A stretch of 64,000 nt of DNA from Hormiphora californensis (GCA_020137815.1 CM035351.1:3162001-3226000); one strand, 5' to 3'; counted from the first letter of the stretch, positions 38,988 through 58,219 are shown. The notes: generated from the sequence alone by a model not told the origin. Numbers and translations are program-made.

Positions 38988-40522
38988 TTATGCTACACTC
39001 CCAGCGTTCGAGGCGATCTTGGGCCAGAAGTCTGCACATTCCTTTGCCACTGGTCCCGTGATAGCTGAGCCTGAAAAGGAGAATGGGGTCAGGTTGTGTC
39101 AAATAATTGGGTCACGTATCTGGTCAAATCTCGCGCAAGAAGAAACCGCGCCGCGCGCAGTATGTAGCTAAGATTGTCCGATTGTTTACTGCTCACATTT
39201 GTTCTCACAGGGTTTGAGTTGTCGCGCGCTACGTATAAAGTAAAAATCTCAATGCGATATGTACCACACATGACATTGGGACAAGTACACTAAGTGTATC
39301 AAGAGAGTACACGAATACACAGACTGCAGATTTGTTTGATATTCGATATTTAACCGAAATTTTTTGAAGAGACCTATTAAAGATCGTATCACAAATAGTT
39401 TAATTGTACGCGTGTTCCAATTAGAATGTGGGATTTTAATTACCTTTCATTTCACCCTTCGGATTGACTATCACGCCCGCATTATCTTCGAAGTAGATGA
39501 ACATACCATTCTTCCTTCGGTAAGGCTTCCTCTGGCGAACCACCACGGCCGGCATAACTGGAGGGAATGTGGTTAGTGAAATGGGGAAAGGTGGTTAGGG
39601 AACTGAAGATCAGAGATTAGATTCGGGAATTGAGGGAGGTTGGTTGTGTATATAGGAGAGGGTGGTTGGATTGGGCAGAGAAGTGGGGGAGGGGGTGGTT
39701 AGGGCCGATAATGTTATGTATTGTTATGTAATCGAGGGAATGTGGTTTTGGGAGGGTGATTAGTTAGGAAACTAGGAGAGGATATTAGGGAATTGAGAGA
39801 GGGTGGTTAGGAAACTAGGAGAGGATATTAGGGAATTGAGAGAGGGTGGTTAGGAAACTAGGAGAGGATATTAGGGAATTGAGAGAGGGTGGTTAGGAAA
39901 CTAGGAGAGGATATTTGGGAATTGAGAGAGGGTGGTTAGGAAACTAAGAGAGGATATTAGGGAATTGAGAAAGGGTGGTTAGGAAACTAGGAGAGGATAT
40001 TAGGGAATTGAGAGAGGGTGGTTAGGAAACTAAGAGAGGATATTAGGGAATTGAGAAAGGGTGGTTAGGAAACTAGGAGAGGATATTAGGGGATTGAGAG
40101 AGGGTGGTTAGGAAACTAGGAGAGGATATTAGGGAATTGAGAGAGGATATTAGGGAATTGAGAGGGTTGTTAGGGATTTGAGTGAGAGTTGTTAGGGGAT
40201 TGAAGGAGGGTGCATTTCTGATGCTGGATATATCAACTAATGGTTAATGTGTGCACTCTATTTCATAGTTTTACAACTTATTCTATCAACTCACCCTTTT
40301 TCCTCAGCTCAGGCTTTCCCTTCTTGACGGTAGCCAGGAACATGTCACCAGTAGCAGCGGAAGGCATCCTGTTAAGCCTGGCTCCGAACCCGTGGACAGC
40401 AATCAGGTACAAGTTCTTGGCATCCAGTGTTATCTGCGCAGTTCATGGTGGCAGCAACAGGCAGACCAAGGGAGATCTTGAACTTGGATCCAGCGGATCC
40501 ACCACGACCCTCTCTTAGACAT
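38988..40522 (-). CDS. RPL23: 60S ribosomal protein L23 (uL14); 3 exons; two apparent extra bases (40507-40508, 40422-40423)
   Basis: After removing two bases: [38 protein letters not shown]...[10 protein letters not shown]|[38 protein letters not shown]|[27 protein letters not shown]. Confidence 0.93.
39760..40160. repeat. 43-bp minisatellite (~8-9 units) in RPL23 intron 1
   Basis: Unit GAGGATATTAGGGAATTGAGAGAGGGTGGTTAGGAAACTAGGA. Confidence 0.92.
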
Positions 40523-40815
40523 GGCTAAATAATGGAGTGAAATGTGGCAATCTAATTAATCGTATGAAACGAGTAGAATAAAAGTTACCAATCAAGTAGA
40601 GCGCTAATAATGTGTGATGTTTCTTCAACTGGTAAATTTAATTGAGCCAAAATAGCAGACCTAGAACACTAGACAACTACCATTCTTTCTATCAATATAA
40701 TTGGGCAATTTCCTAGAGCATTTATTGGCGGCCAAGATAAGCTTTGACGATCTACCTCAAGATAAATCGTAATCACGACTAGCCCCGAAAACCGCATGAC
40801 GTTCATATCCCTTTC

Positions 40816-40827
40816 CAGGGCCCACGA

Positions 40828-40863
<36 letters not shown>

Positions 40864-41160
40864 GGATTTACAAAAATTGGAAATTTAATGATATATTTTG
40901 TAGAGAATGTGAGTGCCAATATTTTAACACTAAAGTCGGACTTTGAAATGCATAAAATTCATGGAAATCTGTTAAAAATCTTAACTTTTCCGGGAGCTTC
41001 GCCCCCTTCAAGAGATACAGGCCATACATAAAAAGAATGAAGCTGGAGAATCAGTATTCTTTCTCTCAAGAGGGCTAAAATGAGTGAAAATCTGTTAAAA
41101 AGTATCATTTTTTCTGGGGGCGAAGCCCCCTAGACACAGGGATTCCAGTCGTGGGCACTA
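40816..41160. mobile_element. Putative MITE with short imperfect TIRs and a long poly-G tract
   Basis: CAGGGCCCACGAC ... GTCGTGGGCACTA; G-run at ~40832-40860; internal GCTTCGCCCCC / GGGGGCGAAGC inverted pair. No clear TSD. Confidence 0.5.
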
Positions 41161-41439
41161 CTTTCTGATGTCCGTAGTATGTACATTCGCAAGCCACTAA
41201 ACCATTCCATTGACAGCTCCCGCAAGGGTACCTCACATAACCTTCGGGTGACACTCCGTTCTATGTTGAAGTATTTAAGATTAAATCTGGCTGAACTCTT
41301 TTCCCGGCAGAGTTTGCTCTAGGCAGAAGGAATTTCATGAATCGGAACTTGTTTTTCATAGTGCCGGAATAGCATAGTAAATTTTTAAGGGACAGAGGAA
41401 CTTCGCTCCACCCAACTCCTGAGGGAGCTTCCTTTCTCG

Positions 41440-42341
41440 ACTGACAATTATCTTTACAATGGTCCCGGAGGTGATACAATATCACCAAGTTTCACCGTGA
41501 GAGATCTAGGGGTCCTTGTATCTGCAGACTGCACTTGGTCAGAACACATAGGTAGCATAACTGCCAAGGCTAGACGCATGAGTGGTTGGGCACTTAGTGT
41601 ATTTCGGGATAGATCCGATGATACTATGCTAACGCTACTGAAGTCCATCATAAGGCCTCAGGTGGAGTACTGCTGTCCTTTATGGAGCCCGGTGAAAAAG
41701 TCTGATATCGCCCTGGTTGAAGAGGCTCAGAGACACTTCACACGTAGGATTGAGAGCTGTTCCGGCATGGGGTACTGGGACCGGCTCCAACATCTTGGTA
41801 TACTGTCCCTCCAGCGGCGTCGTGAGCGATACATGATTATCCATGTCTGGAAGGTTCTTCATGAGGTAGTTCCAAACGGCACGGGTCTCCTGTTTACTGA
41901 GCACACCCGTCTTGGTACCAGAGCATTGGTCCCCCGTTACAATTACCTGGCTCAAAAATCCATATCTGGCCCTTATGACTCATCATTCGGTGTTAGAGGA
42001 GCGCAGTTGTGGAATTCCCTACCCCGTGCAGTGAGAGAGGCAACATCACTGCTCGAGTTGAAACAGTCCCTTGGGTCCTACTTAACCACCATCCCCGACC
42101 AGCCACCTGTCCGCGGTTACCGGGTGGAGCACAGTAACTCCTTGATTGATTGGAGAAATGACCCCAGTGTGTTTAAAGAGATGGGCGAATCATAGAAGTG
42201 TGTTTTGCTTTTCATTGTCATTTGGCTGATACATATAACCTGCTGACTTTCCACGTCATCTGAGTGTTGGCTCCTTTTGAGCTAAAGCTTTGTGTACAAT
42301 ACTAAATTTATTTATGAATGTTTATGAATGTTTATGAATGA
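41440..42341 (+). mobile_element. 5'-truncated CR1-group LINE 3' end (post-RT region) with (TTTATGAATG)n tail
   Basis: ORF 41497-42195: RDLGV...IRPQVEYCCPLWSP...QRHFTR...LSLQRRRER...LWNSLP. Tandem tail at ~42311-42341. Confidence 0.85.
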
Positions 42342-42398
42342 ACCTGAGATGCGAGAGTTTGAATTGAGGGAGGTCAAAAAACCTCTTGTCCCTACGGG

Positions 42399-42495
42399 AC
42401 CAGTTACAAAATTTGAAACTGATGTCAGTTTCAATTTTGCAACTGGACCAGTTACAAAATTTGAAACTGATGTCAGTTTCAATTTTGTAACTGGA
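42399..42495. repeat. Tandem dimer of a ~47-bp palindromic unit
   Basis: CCAGTTACAAAATTTGAAACTGATGTCAGTTTCAATTTTG(C/T)AACTGG x2; each unit is self-complementary. Confidence 0.85.
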
Positions 42496-43535
42496 GCGTA
42501 TCTAAGTGGATGATTTATTTATTCAGTCTAATTTGTATACATTGGATCACAATGAGACACCACACGTCATCACGTGACCCACTAAGAGTTAACATCCTTC
42601 GTTTAAAATTTGATGGCCAAGCATACCCTGGTCACGGATCACACTTCGCTGCCGCCGGAAGGACGACAACGTTCCGAAAAAAAGGTGACAAAGACTGAAA
42701 GTTTTTTGTGCCCGGCAAATTTCAATTTTACGTTTTAGCGCGCGCGTGAAAATGTATCTTTTGAATTTGCGCGCCACTCAAATGCAGCAGTGTATTGCCA
42801 TTGACGCTCCCGCCACAAGATAAATTCCCAAAAGCGAATATTTTAGCACATCCGGTTGGAAAACACGATTAAAAACACATGTTCTTGTTTTCTGGACGAT
42901 CAAATTCAAAGATGTGTATAGTGCATATAACAGCATAATCTATTTTACAAATATAAAATAAGAGATCAGTCTTCTAGTGGTATGTAACAGGTATGGAAAG
43001 TATGTATAATTATAACGGCATGGCCGAATAGCTAATACATAGCGTGTGAATAGCCGTTAACAGTTAAACATTGAAAACACAACATTAAGATCTATGATAG
43101 GAGTACATTGGGCAGTTATAGATCTGCGAACTACATGTTTTAGTTATCCAGCAAGATGCTTCACAATTTAAACACGCCCGTTCACAAAACATATGTCACA
43201 GCAAACCCCCCGTAAACGTTAGTAATTTGTACCCAAAATATGTTGAACTTAAGCAAAAATAAAGTGGCAAATAAAAAACGTTAGATGATAAAATTTATCA
43301 TTATCAGAAGGGTGAATATAATAGAGGATAAAGAATTTTAAATTAGGGCACTGGGAATTCAGAGATTTAAGTTACCGAGATGAAGCGAGAGAAAAACGTG
43401 CAAAGAGTCACACATGTGTGAAAAGTCTTGTGTTCTATGTCCTACTATTATAATACAGCTGTATTATCTCGTTGTAATACTCTTTATATATCATTTAGCC
43501 AAAGAGTTCTGAATTTTGTGCAAAAAAGTGTGTGT

Positions 43536-43644
43536 CAGGAACCGACCGACACAAGTAAACAACCAATCAGAACTCGTTATTTAGGTCACGTGACTGGTTA
43601 TCAGCCAATCAGGGACCAGTATTTCCTGATTCGGTCGGTTCCTG
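43536..43644. mobile_element. 109-bp hAT-type MITE with 8-bp TSD, in the presumed ERK 3' UTR
   Basis: GTGTGTGT|CAGGAACCGACCGA...TCGGTCGGTTCCTG|GTGTGTGT. Confidence 0.9.
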
Positions 43645-43738
43645 GTGTGTGTGGAACAGCCTTCTCTGGTGAAATAACAAGTCAGGAGGGGGACAAGATC
43701 AGTGGGTCCAGCAAGGAGGGGGAAGGGACCGTCACTCT

Positions 43739-50983
<7,245 letters not shown>

Positions 50984-51546
50984 AGATAGCTAAAAAAGAT
51001 AGAGAATAAGAGATGGAGATAGGGAGGAGCTATATATAGCTAAGAAAGATAGAGACGGAGATTTAGAGATCTGGGAGGATTGGGTAATAAGGGATATATA
51101 TTTAGGGGGTAAAAGGAGGTCACCGTCATATTCAATGAGATGCATGGATCTAGCAAAAAGGGAGATACGGGAGATAAGGAGAGAGGGCTGAGGGGGGAGG
51201 ACGAGATAGAGATTTGGAGATTATAGGGAAAGAGAGAAGAGAGAAATTAATAAAGAAAGGAGCGAAATTTAGAAATAAATAAAGAAAGGAGCGAAATTGA
51301 GAAGAGAGAAAATAAATAAATGAAGGAGAGAAAAATTGAGAAATAGGATACAGACAAGGGCATACAATATTGTATGTGGGGAGAAGTTGTAACTTGTAAG
51401 AGGGGGGATATTATAAAAGAAATAGCGGGTGATGTTGGTCAGTTCCAATCGAACCTTATTAGGTCATGGTTATTACATAAGGCACGTCAACATTAAAAAC
51501 ACACTTCTAATTCTGAGGGCAGCATCATTACACCACACCGCGGAGA

Positions 51547-52818
51547 TCAGTTATGTGATGTTGAGGAGCCCCGTCTGCTACCTCGACCCCTGCTTCCTCC
51601 ACGGCCTGATCTCCTGTCATCAGAGGACCTGTAGGACGACCCACCTCCTCCCCGTCCCCCTCCGCGGTATCCCCGATAATGGCCGTCACCCTCCTGATCG
51701 GGGGCCCTTCTATACCCGCTACCACTTTTAGGTTGTCCCCCACTCTGGTCTTGGTCCCTCCGGTAGTGGTATTGGTCACGTGAGTCACGTGACCGTGGTG
51801 GATCGTCCCTCCTGTTGTACTTGGGTTGCTGCTGAGAAGAGGGGGGAGGGGCCTGGCTTGTGGGACCATCATCCTTCTTGTCCTCAGAGAATCCCTCTCT
51901 CCGGTAACTGTGTCTCTCCTCCTTATCATCCCTACCGCTGCCCATGATAACCCTCGGGTCACCACCATCCCCTCCACCTCCACCCCTCCGTTTACTACCT
52001 CCACCTCCACCAGCAATATAGATCTGTTTCTCAGGGATTTTAGGAGGACCACCACCCCCACCACTCTTGCTCTCCCGTTCCACCTTCACGTTGTTGCGAG
52101 ATCTGTACTTCTTGTTATGAGAAGGAGGGGGAGGGGCAGCGCTCTCAGATTCCTGATGGTGATGGTCACCTCCCTGGTCATGATGGTCACCCTCACTGGT
52201 TCCCCTGGCACGTCTACTATTGCTCCTAAACCTCCTGTCCTCTGTTTTCGGGTGACGCCGTGGGTTGTAGGCTGGTTTAGAGTGAGGCGAGAGGGACCTC
52301 TCCACCTTCCTGGATTTGATAAACTCAAGAAGAGCGGTGCTACTTTCCCGCTCAGATTTGGCTGCCCTCCTCTTTTCTATCTCCTCGATAATAGTCTCAA
52401 TGCTAGGTGGTGCCTCTGGTTCAATCTTCAACTCCTCCAAGAAAGCAAGGTAGTCCGCATCTTTCTCGATGGTGTTTGACCGAACATCTTTCTTCACACG
52501 CTTCGGGACCCGCTGAAAAGGTGCATACTCCACAATTCCAACGGACTGTACCTTGTTCAAATCGATAAACTTTTGTCCATCAAAGCGCTCCTTAAACCGA
52601 ACAGCGCTCTCCGAGTTGGTGAAATTGAAGTAGACACGACAGGTGAGGAAGGGGGCGAGGGAGTAGTCAGGGGGAGCATAGTTGTAGTAATCGTATTCCG
52701 GAAAGGGATTGAGGGCACCTTTCAGCAGGTTCAACAAGCTGTCCCCGTCAAACCCCGGAGGTACATGCCGAAGGACAACTTTGGTACGGTCCTTCGATAT
52801 TCGTTCAGGTGCTGTCAT
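51547..52818 (-). CDS. UPF3: Nonsense-mediated decay factor UPF3, intronless
   Basis: TKVVLRHVPP...RVYFNF...FKERFDG..F.D...VEYAPFQRVPK...IEKDADYLAFLE...TALLEFI; later QIY motif; RGG-rich tail. Confidence 0.92.
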   Translation of the reverse strand: MTAPERISKDRTKVVLRHVPPGFDGDSLLNLLKGALNPFPEYDYYNYAPPDYSLAPFLTCRVYFNFTNSESAVRFKERFDGQKFIDLNKVQSVGIVEYAPFQRVPKRVKKDVRSNTIEKDADYLAFLEELKIEPEAPPSIETIIEEIEKRRAAKSERESSTALLEFIKSRKVERSLSPHSKPAYNPRRHPKTEDRRFRSNSRRARGTSEGDHHDQGGDHHHQESESAAPPPPSHNKKYRSRNNVKVERESKSGGGGGPPKIPEKQIYIAGGGGGSKRRGGGGGDGGDPRVIMGSGRDDKEERHSYRREGFSEDKKDDGPTSQAPPPSSQQQPKYNRRDDPPRSRDSRDQYHYRRDQDQSGGQPKSGSGYRRAPDQEGDGHYRGYRGGGRGGGGSSYRSSDDRRSGRGGSRGRGSRRGSSTSHN

Positions 52819-53544
52819 TTCTACAAAGGGGGATTGGGAGAGGTTAGACCCGGATGAGTGGGGACCTGTGTGATGTAATCATGGTAATGAATGTTGTACG
52901 GAAGTGATGATTCAATAGTTTAACAACTATCATGATGGGAGAGATTCATATTGCACTGTTAGGGATTATGGACCCAGTAATTAACCTCACGACAAACAAC
53001 ATATTGGACATGATTGTCTTTGGTCGTGAGTTAGGGCATAATACATTTATAATGTTTTGAATATATTTATAAATTTGGGGTTAGTATGGGACAGTAGCAT
53101 GATACAGGCAAAAGTTAAAAGCACCCCTGCATGAGACCTGTTATTTGATGCATTTCACGGTTGTGCTTTTAGAATGTACCAGTTACTACAATAGTGCCTA
53201 CGCTGCAGTCCCCAGTATCAGTGGCCGTATAAAATTGCACACTGCAGCTACAATTTCCAACTTATTTCAGGTTTTAAAACAGGCACGGAGCTGGGGCTCC
53301 GGAGTCCGGCAAAGCGTGTCCCTGTGCGTCCAGGGCCAGATGCGTCAACCACAGTCAGGGGGAAACCCTCCACAAGCAAGGCACATTCCCGGCGGGGTGC
53401 ACCGTGTAGGGGGCGGTTCCCTGCGAGCAGGGTCCAGGGCTCTTACCCCCGGGGCTACAATCCCGGTAGAGGCTCCGCTGCTGCTTTAAAACAAATCTTT
53501 TCATTGGCAAATGCTAATTTCCCTATTGGAAACAGGCCATGCGG

Positions 53545-54090
53545 TATGAGGCCCCTCGGAAATGTTCAAGTCATGCACAATCAAGTCACGCCCACCAATC
53601 ACAGCTCAGAACGCGCGAAGCACTCCGCGCGTTCTGAGCTGTGATTGGTGGGCGTGACTTGATAAGGAACCATAATAAAGTTCAAGAGCGCACCCCATCC
53701 AAGAGCGCACCACCTCCAAAAGACACCACTCCAAGAGCGGACCACATCAAAGAGAGCTCCCCATCCAGAAGATACCGCGCGCAGGGGACACCACGCGCAG
53801 AAGAGACCGCACGCGCAAATACAACGCCGCGCTGGTCTCTTCTGCGCGTGGTATCTTCTGGATGGGGAGCTCTCTTTGATGTGGTGCGCTCTTGAAGTGG
53901 TGTCTTCTGGAGGAGGTGCGCTCTTGGATGTGGTCTCTTTTGGGTGTGGTGCGCTCTCAGGTGTGGTCTCTCTTCGATCGGGTGCGCTTTTGGGTGCTCT
54001 TGGAGGCTTAATGAACTTAATGAACTTAATGAACCTTTATATTATGGTTCCTTATTGTGCATGACTTGAACATTTCCGAGGGGCCTCATA
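53545..54090. mobile_element. Foldback (MITE-like) element between divergent UPF3 and AEN-like genes
   Basis: TATGAGGCCCCTCGGAAATGTTCAAGTCATGCACAAT at 53546 mirrored at ~54053-54089; inner AAGAGCGCACC-type repeats are mirrored around ~53820. Confidence 0.75.
53582..53661. mobile_element. 80-bp hairpin mini-insertion flanked by AT
   Basis: CAAGTCACGCCCACCAATCACAGCTCAGAACGCGCG-loop-CGCGCGTTCTGAGCTGTGATTGGTGGGCGTGACTTG. The opposite arm of the host element lacks it. Confidence 0.85.
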
Positions 54091-56087
54091 AGACAGCGAT
54101 TTTGATTGGCAAACGTTGCTGGCCCCCGCAGCGCGGATAAGGCAGCGCTTTTCAACGATTTTGATTGGCAAACGTTGCTGGCCCCCGATAGGGGCCAGTA
54201 GTCTATCACGCGCACCCTTGCCCAAAACCGCTTTCCAGCGCCCATTACTGACGGCGCGCGCAGAATTCATTTCACCATTAGACTTATCCCGCGCGCTACA
54301 CAAAGCATGTTCGTGAACTGAGACAGAGTTCTATTTTGTGACAATTGCATAATTAGGCGAGCGATCCCTAAACCTTGTATCTTTGACCTTGAATCAAAGA
54401 CGAGGGGCGGTTTGAATCCCCCACCATGCCGGACAAATTGGTTTTAGTGTTGAACCGTCACGAACCTTCTTGCGGATCTTCCAAAGACGTCCCACCGCAA
54501 GAGACGAAATATTATGCCGGAAAAGTGACTCAGTGACAAATCTGACACACTTTCTTGGCGTAGCATGACCTCCCGGTTGGTGCATCTGTCCTAAAACTCA
54601 CCGTAGAACTTGATTAAGCTAAATATTAACGGATTGGAGCATATCCTTATTAGGTAAGGCAATTTATCTTTGCCCTCATGAATTACATAACACGGAAGGA
54701 AGTAAGTACTCTATTCAAATCAACTCATAACAATTTTCTTTGGGTTTTCGCTAACTGAGAGTCGGCCATATTGGATTTGGGTCGAACCAGTGGAAATCGA
54801 ATGAAATTTTATCCAGAATCGTTTGAAATTGGTGCGCGGCTCACTTTAACACATGCGCGTTAGCAATATTAAATAGTGTGCGCGGCTTTACATTTGCGCG
54901 TGCAAAAGTGATCGATTTCCAAAATTGAAAAAAGAGTCATGAAATTCATGTCAAATGCTACCAATTCCCAAAATGTGGTGATTGTAGGACCTCCGGAACA
55001 TGGTCAAAATGACTTGGGACAGGATCCTGTACATGCGCGGTGTTCCCTCCTTATCCCTGTTCTGCGCCACGCGCAGCGCGGGATAAGGCAGCGCTTTTCA
55101 ACGATTTTGAACGCTTTTTTAAAAAGTGCGAGAAAGTCGAAAATAAAATTTTATTTGCGTCGATCATTCCGACCAAAATGGCAGATATTTTGAAACTCGC
55201 GTGTTACGTTAAAATTGCGCCGCGCAGTTTGATTTAGTCGGATCGAATTTGAACGGAAGAAATTTTTCGCGCTCAAAAAAATTGTCGTTTTTTCGTTTTT
55301 TACAAATCTGAAAAGTTTTTCTAAGTTCTAATTGAAAAGCGCTGCCTTATCCCCCGCTGCGGGGGCCAGCAAACGTTTGCCAAAAGTTCTAACTTCTGTT
55401 TTGGCTTCGGCCCCGTACAGTTACACCCCCGGCGGGGCACCCCTACTCCCATTTCCTCCTAACCAGGGGCTTTTGCCTCTGGCCCCGTCCGCAGAGGGGG
55501 CAGGGGCTGAAAGCCACGCACGGTGCGTGACGCCTCGCCCTGGCTTCGGGCTCCCGCCTTGTTAGGCTCATGCTATGAGCGACTTCTGAAATGTTTAGGA
55601 GTCAGGACTGCACCGTATGACCAGGCCCGGCGTCTTCCTGTGCGTCCGGGGCCCGGGCGCCGGGCGGTAGCCACGGTCAGGGGGAGTGGCGGCGAAACCC
55701 CCACAAGCAGGGTCCAGGGAGAGAGCCCCGCGAGCAGGCCCATGGTATGACCTGTTTTTACCAATTAAATCCCAGAGCAGCCAAGAAAAATGTGTTTCAT
55801 CGGTAAAACATTTTTAATGAATTTTGTATTATGAATTGAACGTCAAATCTCTGATCTCATTACCTCTCGCTCCCTCAATGTAACATTTTATGAATGTTGT
55901 GAATGTTCTCAGATTTCACTTCCTGCATCTGCTAATCATGGCATGGATGGCTCTGATGTATGTGGATGATGCGGTCGCGATATCAATCCATAATGATTAT
56001 GGATTGATTCACTATTTAATAACCAATATATTATATAACCATGTCCCCACCTGTTTAGGATTTAGCTCCTGCCCGAACAATAACATC

Positions 56088-56845
56088 ATGGTTACAGCAG
56101 TTGAAGCAACCTCTTCTAAACGTGGTAGTAGAAAACCAACCCTTCCCCCGTTCCAACCCAGCAACATCATAGCCCTGGATTGTGAGATGGTGGGGTGTGG
56201 GCCCAAGGGTAGGAGAAGTGCCCTAGCACGGTGTAGCATAGTGAACTATGAGGGTGAAATCTTGTACGATGGCTATGTAAAACCAATCCAACCTATAACA
56301 GACTATCGTTATAAGTGGAGTGGAATCAAACCAAAACACATGGAAACTGCGACACCCATGATGGAGGCAAGACGGCTGATTATAAAGCATCTGAAGGGAA
56401 AGTACATTGTTGGACATGACCTGAAGAATGATTTTGAGACCCTAACTTTCAAACCTCACCCTGTGTTGGTGAAGGATACTTCAAAATGTATTGCTCTCAG
56501 GCACATGGCTGGTCTGGATGCCAACAAGAGACCATCACTCCGTGTTTTAACTAGTAAGTTCTTGACCCCATGCTCCCCCGCTTCATGTCCCTCACTCAGA
56601 TCGGGTTTTCGGTTTTTTAAGTTGCAGCCCCTTTTTAAGTTGCAGCCCCTTTTATCTTCGTATGTCGATCTAACCCCTTATTCCCTTTCTCAGGGCTGAT
56701 ACAAGGTGAAGTGATACAGACTGCATCGCATTGCTCGGTAGAAGATGCAAGAGCGGCCCTGGCACTTTTCAAAGCAGCGGAAGATAAATGGGACGATCAA
56801 TCTAATCCATATTTGAATGATTCTTATTGGGCTCACTTGACGTGA
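56088..56845 (+). CDS. DEDDh 3'-5' exonuclease of the AEN/ISG20L2/REXO4 group (AEN-like C-terminus); 2 exons, intron ~56554-56694
   Basis: IALDCEMVG, LARCSIVNY, TDYRYKWSGI, VGHDLKNDF, DTS, HCSVEDARA, YLNDSYW. Start inferred at the first ATG after acceptor AGs rather than at 55890. Confidence 0.85.
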
Positions 56846-56924
56846 TTTTTCACTTTTTATTTCTTCTGAAATGTTCTTTAATTTATTGCCGTTGTAAGTT
56901 GTAAACCCCATTTTAGCCAGAAGG

Positions 56925-58130
56925 ATGATCGATGTAACAATTTTACTTGGTGAGGGAAGAGGTGAGATTCTAGCTCTGCAGGGAAGCTCCAAACTGGCCC
57001 GCTACAAAGTTCAAGAACCAATATCTCACCTAACTTTCCTGCACCCCCGATACATCGTGGCTGCATCGTGCAAGAAACCCCTTCTTTACGTGTGGAATCT
57101 AGGCCAGGACTCCACAGTACAGAAGTATGTTCTACCCGGCCTCGCTACAGCTCTCACCGCGTCACCTTGTGGCAACTACTTGGCAGTGGGTGTGGATAAC
57201 TCGTTACGTATCTGGCACCTACCCTCTGGGCAGCAGATTGTGTGTCTGAGTGGGCACTATCAAAAGATATCATCCCTGGTGTGGAGGGGTGGGTTTTTAA
57301 TATCTGGTGCAGAGGATAATACTATCAATGTCTGGCAGTCAGCCAAGGTGATTACTAATTCTAACAGCACCCACTCCCCTCTCCATACCTTTACTGTCCA
57401 CTCCATGCCAGTTACAGACCTGTTTTGTGGGTTAGGTGGACCACGCTGTCGATTATTCTCTGTATCACTTGACAATACCTCACAAATCTGGGAGGTAGTA
57501 TCAGGTCGACATCTCCTCTCCCTGGAGTTCCCTGCTCCTTTATCAAAACTTTTAGTGGACAAAATGGAGTCTGTTGTGCTTGGAGTTTCCCTGACGACCT
57601 CAGTCTACAAAATCTCCCTTATTGAGGATCAACAAAATGGAGATATAAGAGAGGAGCTGAAACCGTTTATAACTGTCCCATCTCAGATAAAATCTGCTGC
57701 TCTCACTGACACCGACCAATCACTTCTTCTGGGTCTATCCAGCGGGGAGCTGGTTAAATTCAGTGTCACTACCGGCCAGGCACTACCCATGAGCTACAAG
57801 AGTAGCAGTAACAGCCCTGTTGAAGAGTTGCTAACGGTGACGGTCCCCCAGTTTCCTAGAAACAACAAACCGGAGGTATTCCCGTTCTCTCACCCTTTAG
57901 ACAGGGCAACCTGTACTGGGGTGAGGGAGGAGAGTGAGGTGATACTACCTGCCACCCACACCCCCCTCATTTGTCCTAGTAATACTGAGTTTACTGCACT
58001 GGTGCGAGATGCAGTCGAGGAGGGAGGAAACAGGCTGAGTGCTGCCGAGGATAAAGTGAAACAATTGAGTGGGCTTAGTGAAGAATTGATTAGATTTGCC
58101 ACCGACCACATTCTTTCCAACGGTAGTTAA
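56925..58130 (+). CDS. WDR18: WD repeat protein 18 (Ipi3, rixosome subunit), intronless
   Basis: LPGLATALTASPCGNYL, GHYQKIS, ISGAEDNTINVW, HSMPVTDLFCGLGGPRCRLFSVSLD, short C-terminal coiled coil. Confidence 0.88.
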   Translation: MIDVTILLGEGRGEILALQGSSKLARYKVQEPISHLTFLHPRYIVAASCKKPLLYVWNLGQDSTVQKYVLPGLATALTASPCGNYLAVGVDNSLRIWHLPSGQQIVCLSGHYQKISSLVWRGGFLISGAEDNTINVWQSAKVITNSNSTHSPLHTFTVHSMPVTDLFCGLGGPRCRLFSVSLDNTSQIWEVVSGRHLLSLEFPAPLSKLLVDKMESVVLGVSLTTSVYKISLIEDQQNGDIREELKPFITVPSQIKSAALTDTDQSLLLGLSSGELVKFSVTTGQALPMSYKSSSNSPVEELLTVTVPQFPRNNKPEVFPFSHPLDRATCTGVREESEVILPATHTPLICPSNTEFTALVRDAVEEGGNRLSAAEDKVKQLSGLSEELIRFATDHILSNGS

Positions 58131-58219
58131 CAGAAGAGAGAGAGGGTGTTTTTAGTTAATTTATTAAGTTCTGAACATTGTGTTTTATGGTTCTAATGTT
58201 TTAAACACACTTATTAGTC

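Noticed and set aside
39760-40160. Interstitial telomeric repeat (TTAGGG-like words)
   Set aside because: Only isolated TTAGG(G) words within a 43-bp unit, not tandem telomeric hexamers.
51528-52479. Long alternative-frame and antisense ORFs over UPF3 (also over RANBP3, MSH2, SLC22)
   Set aside because: Expected shadows of biased-composition coding sequence.
55890-56087. Hydrophobic N-terminal extension of the exonuclease ORF
   Set aside because: It lies upstream of acceptor-like AGs in AT-rich sequence and does not resemble the family; probably not translated.
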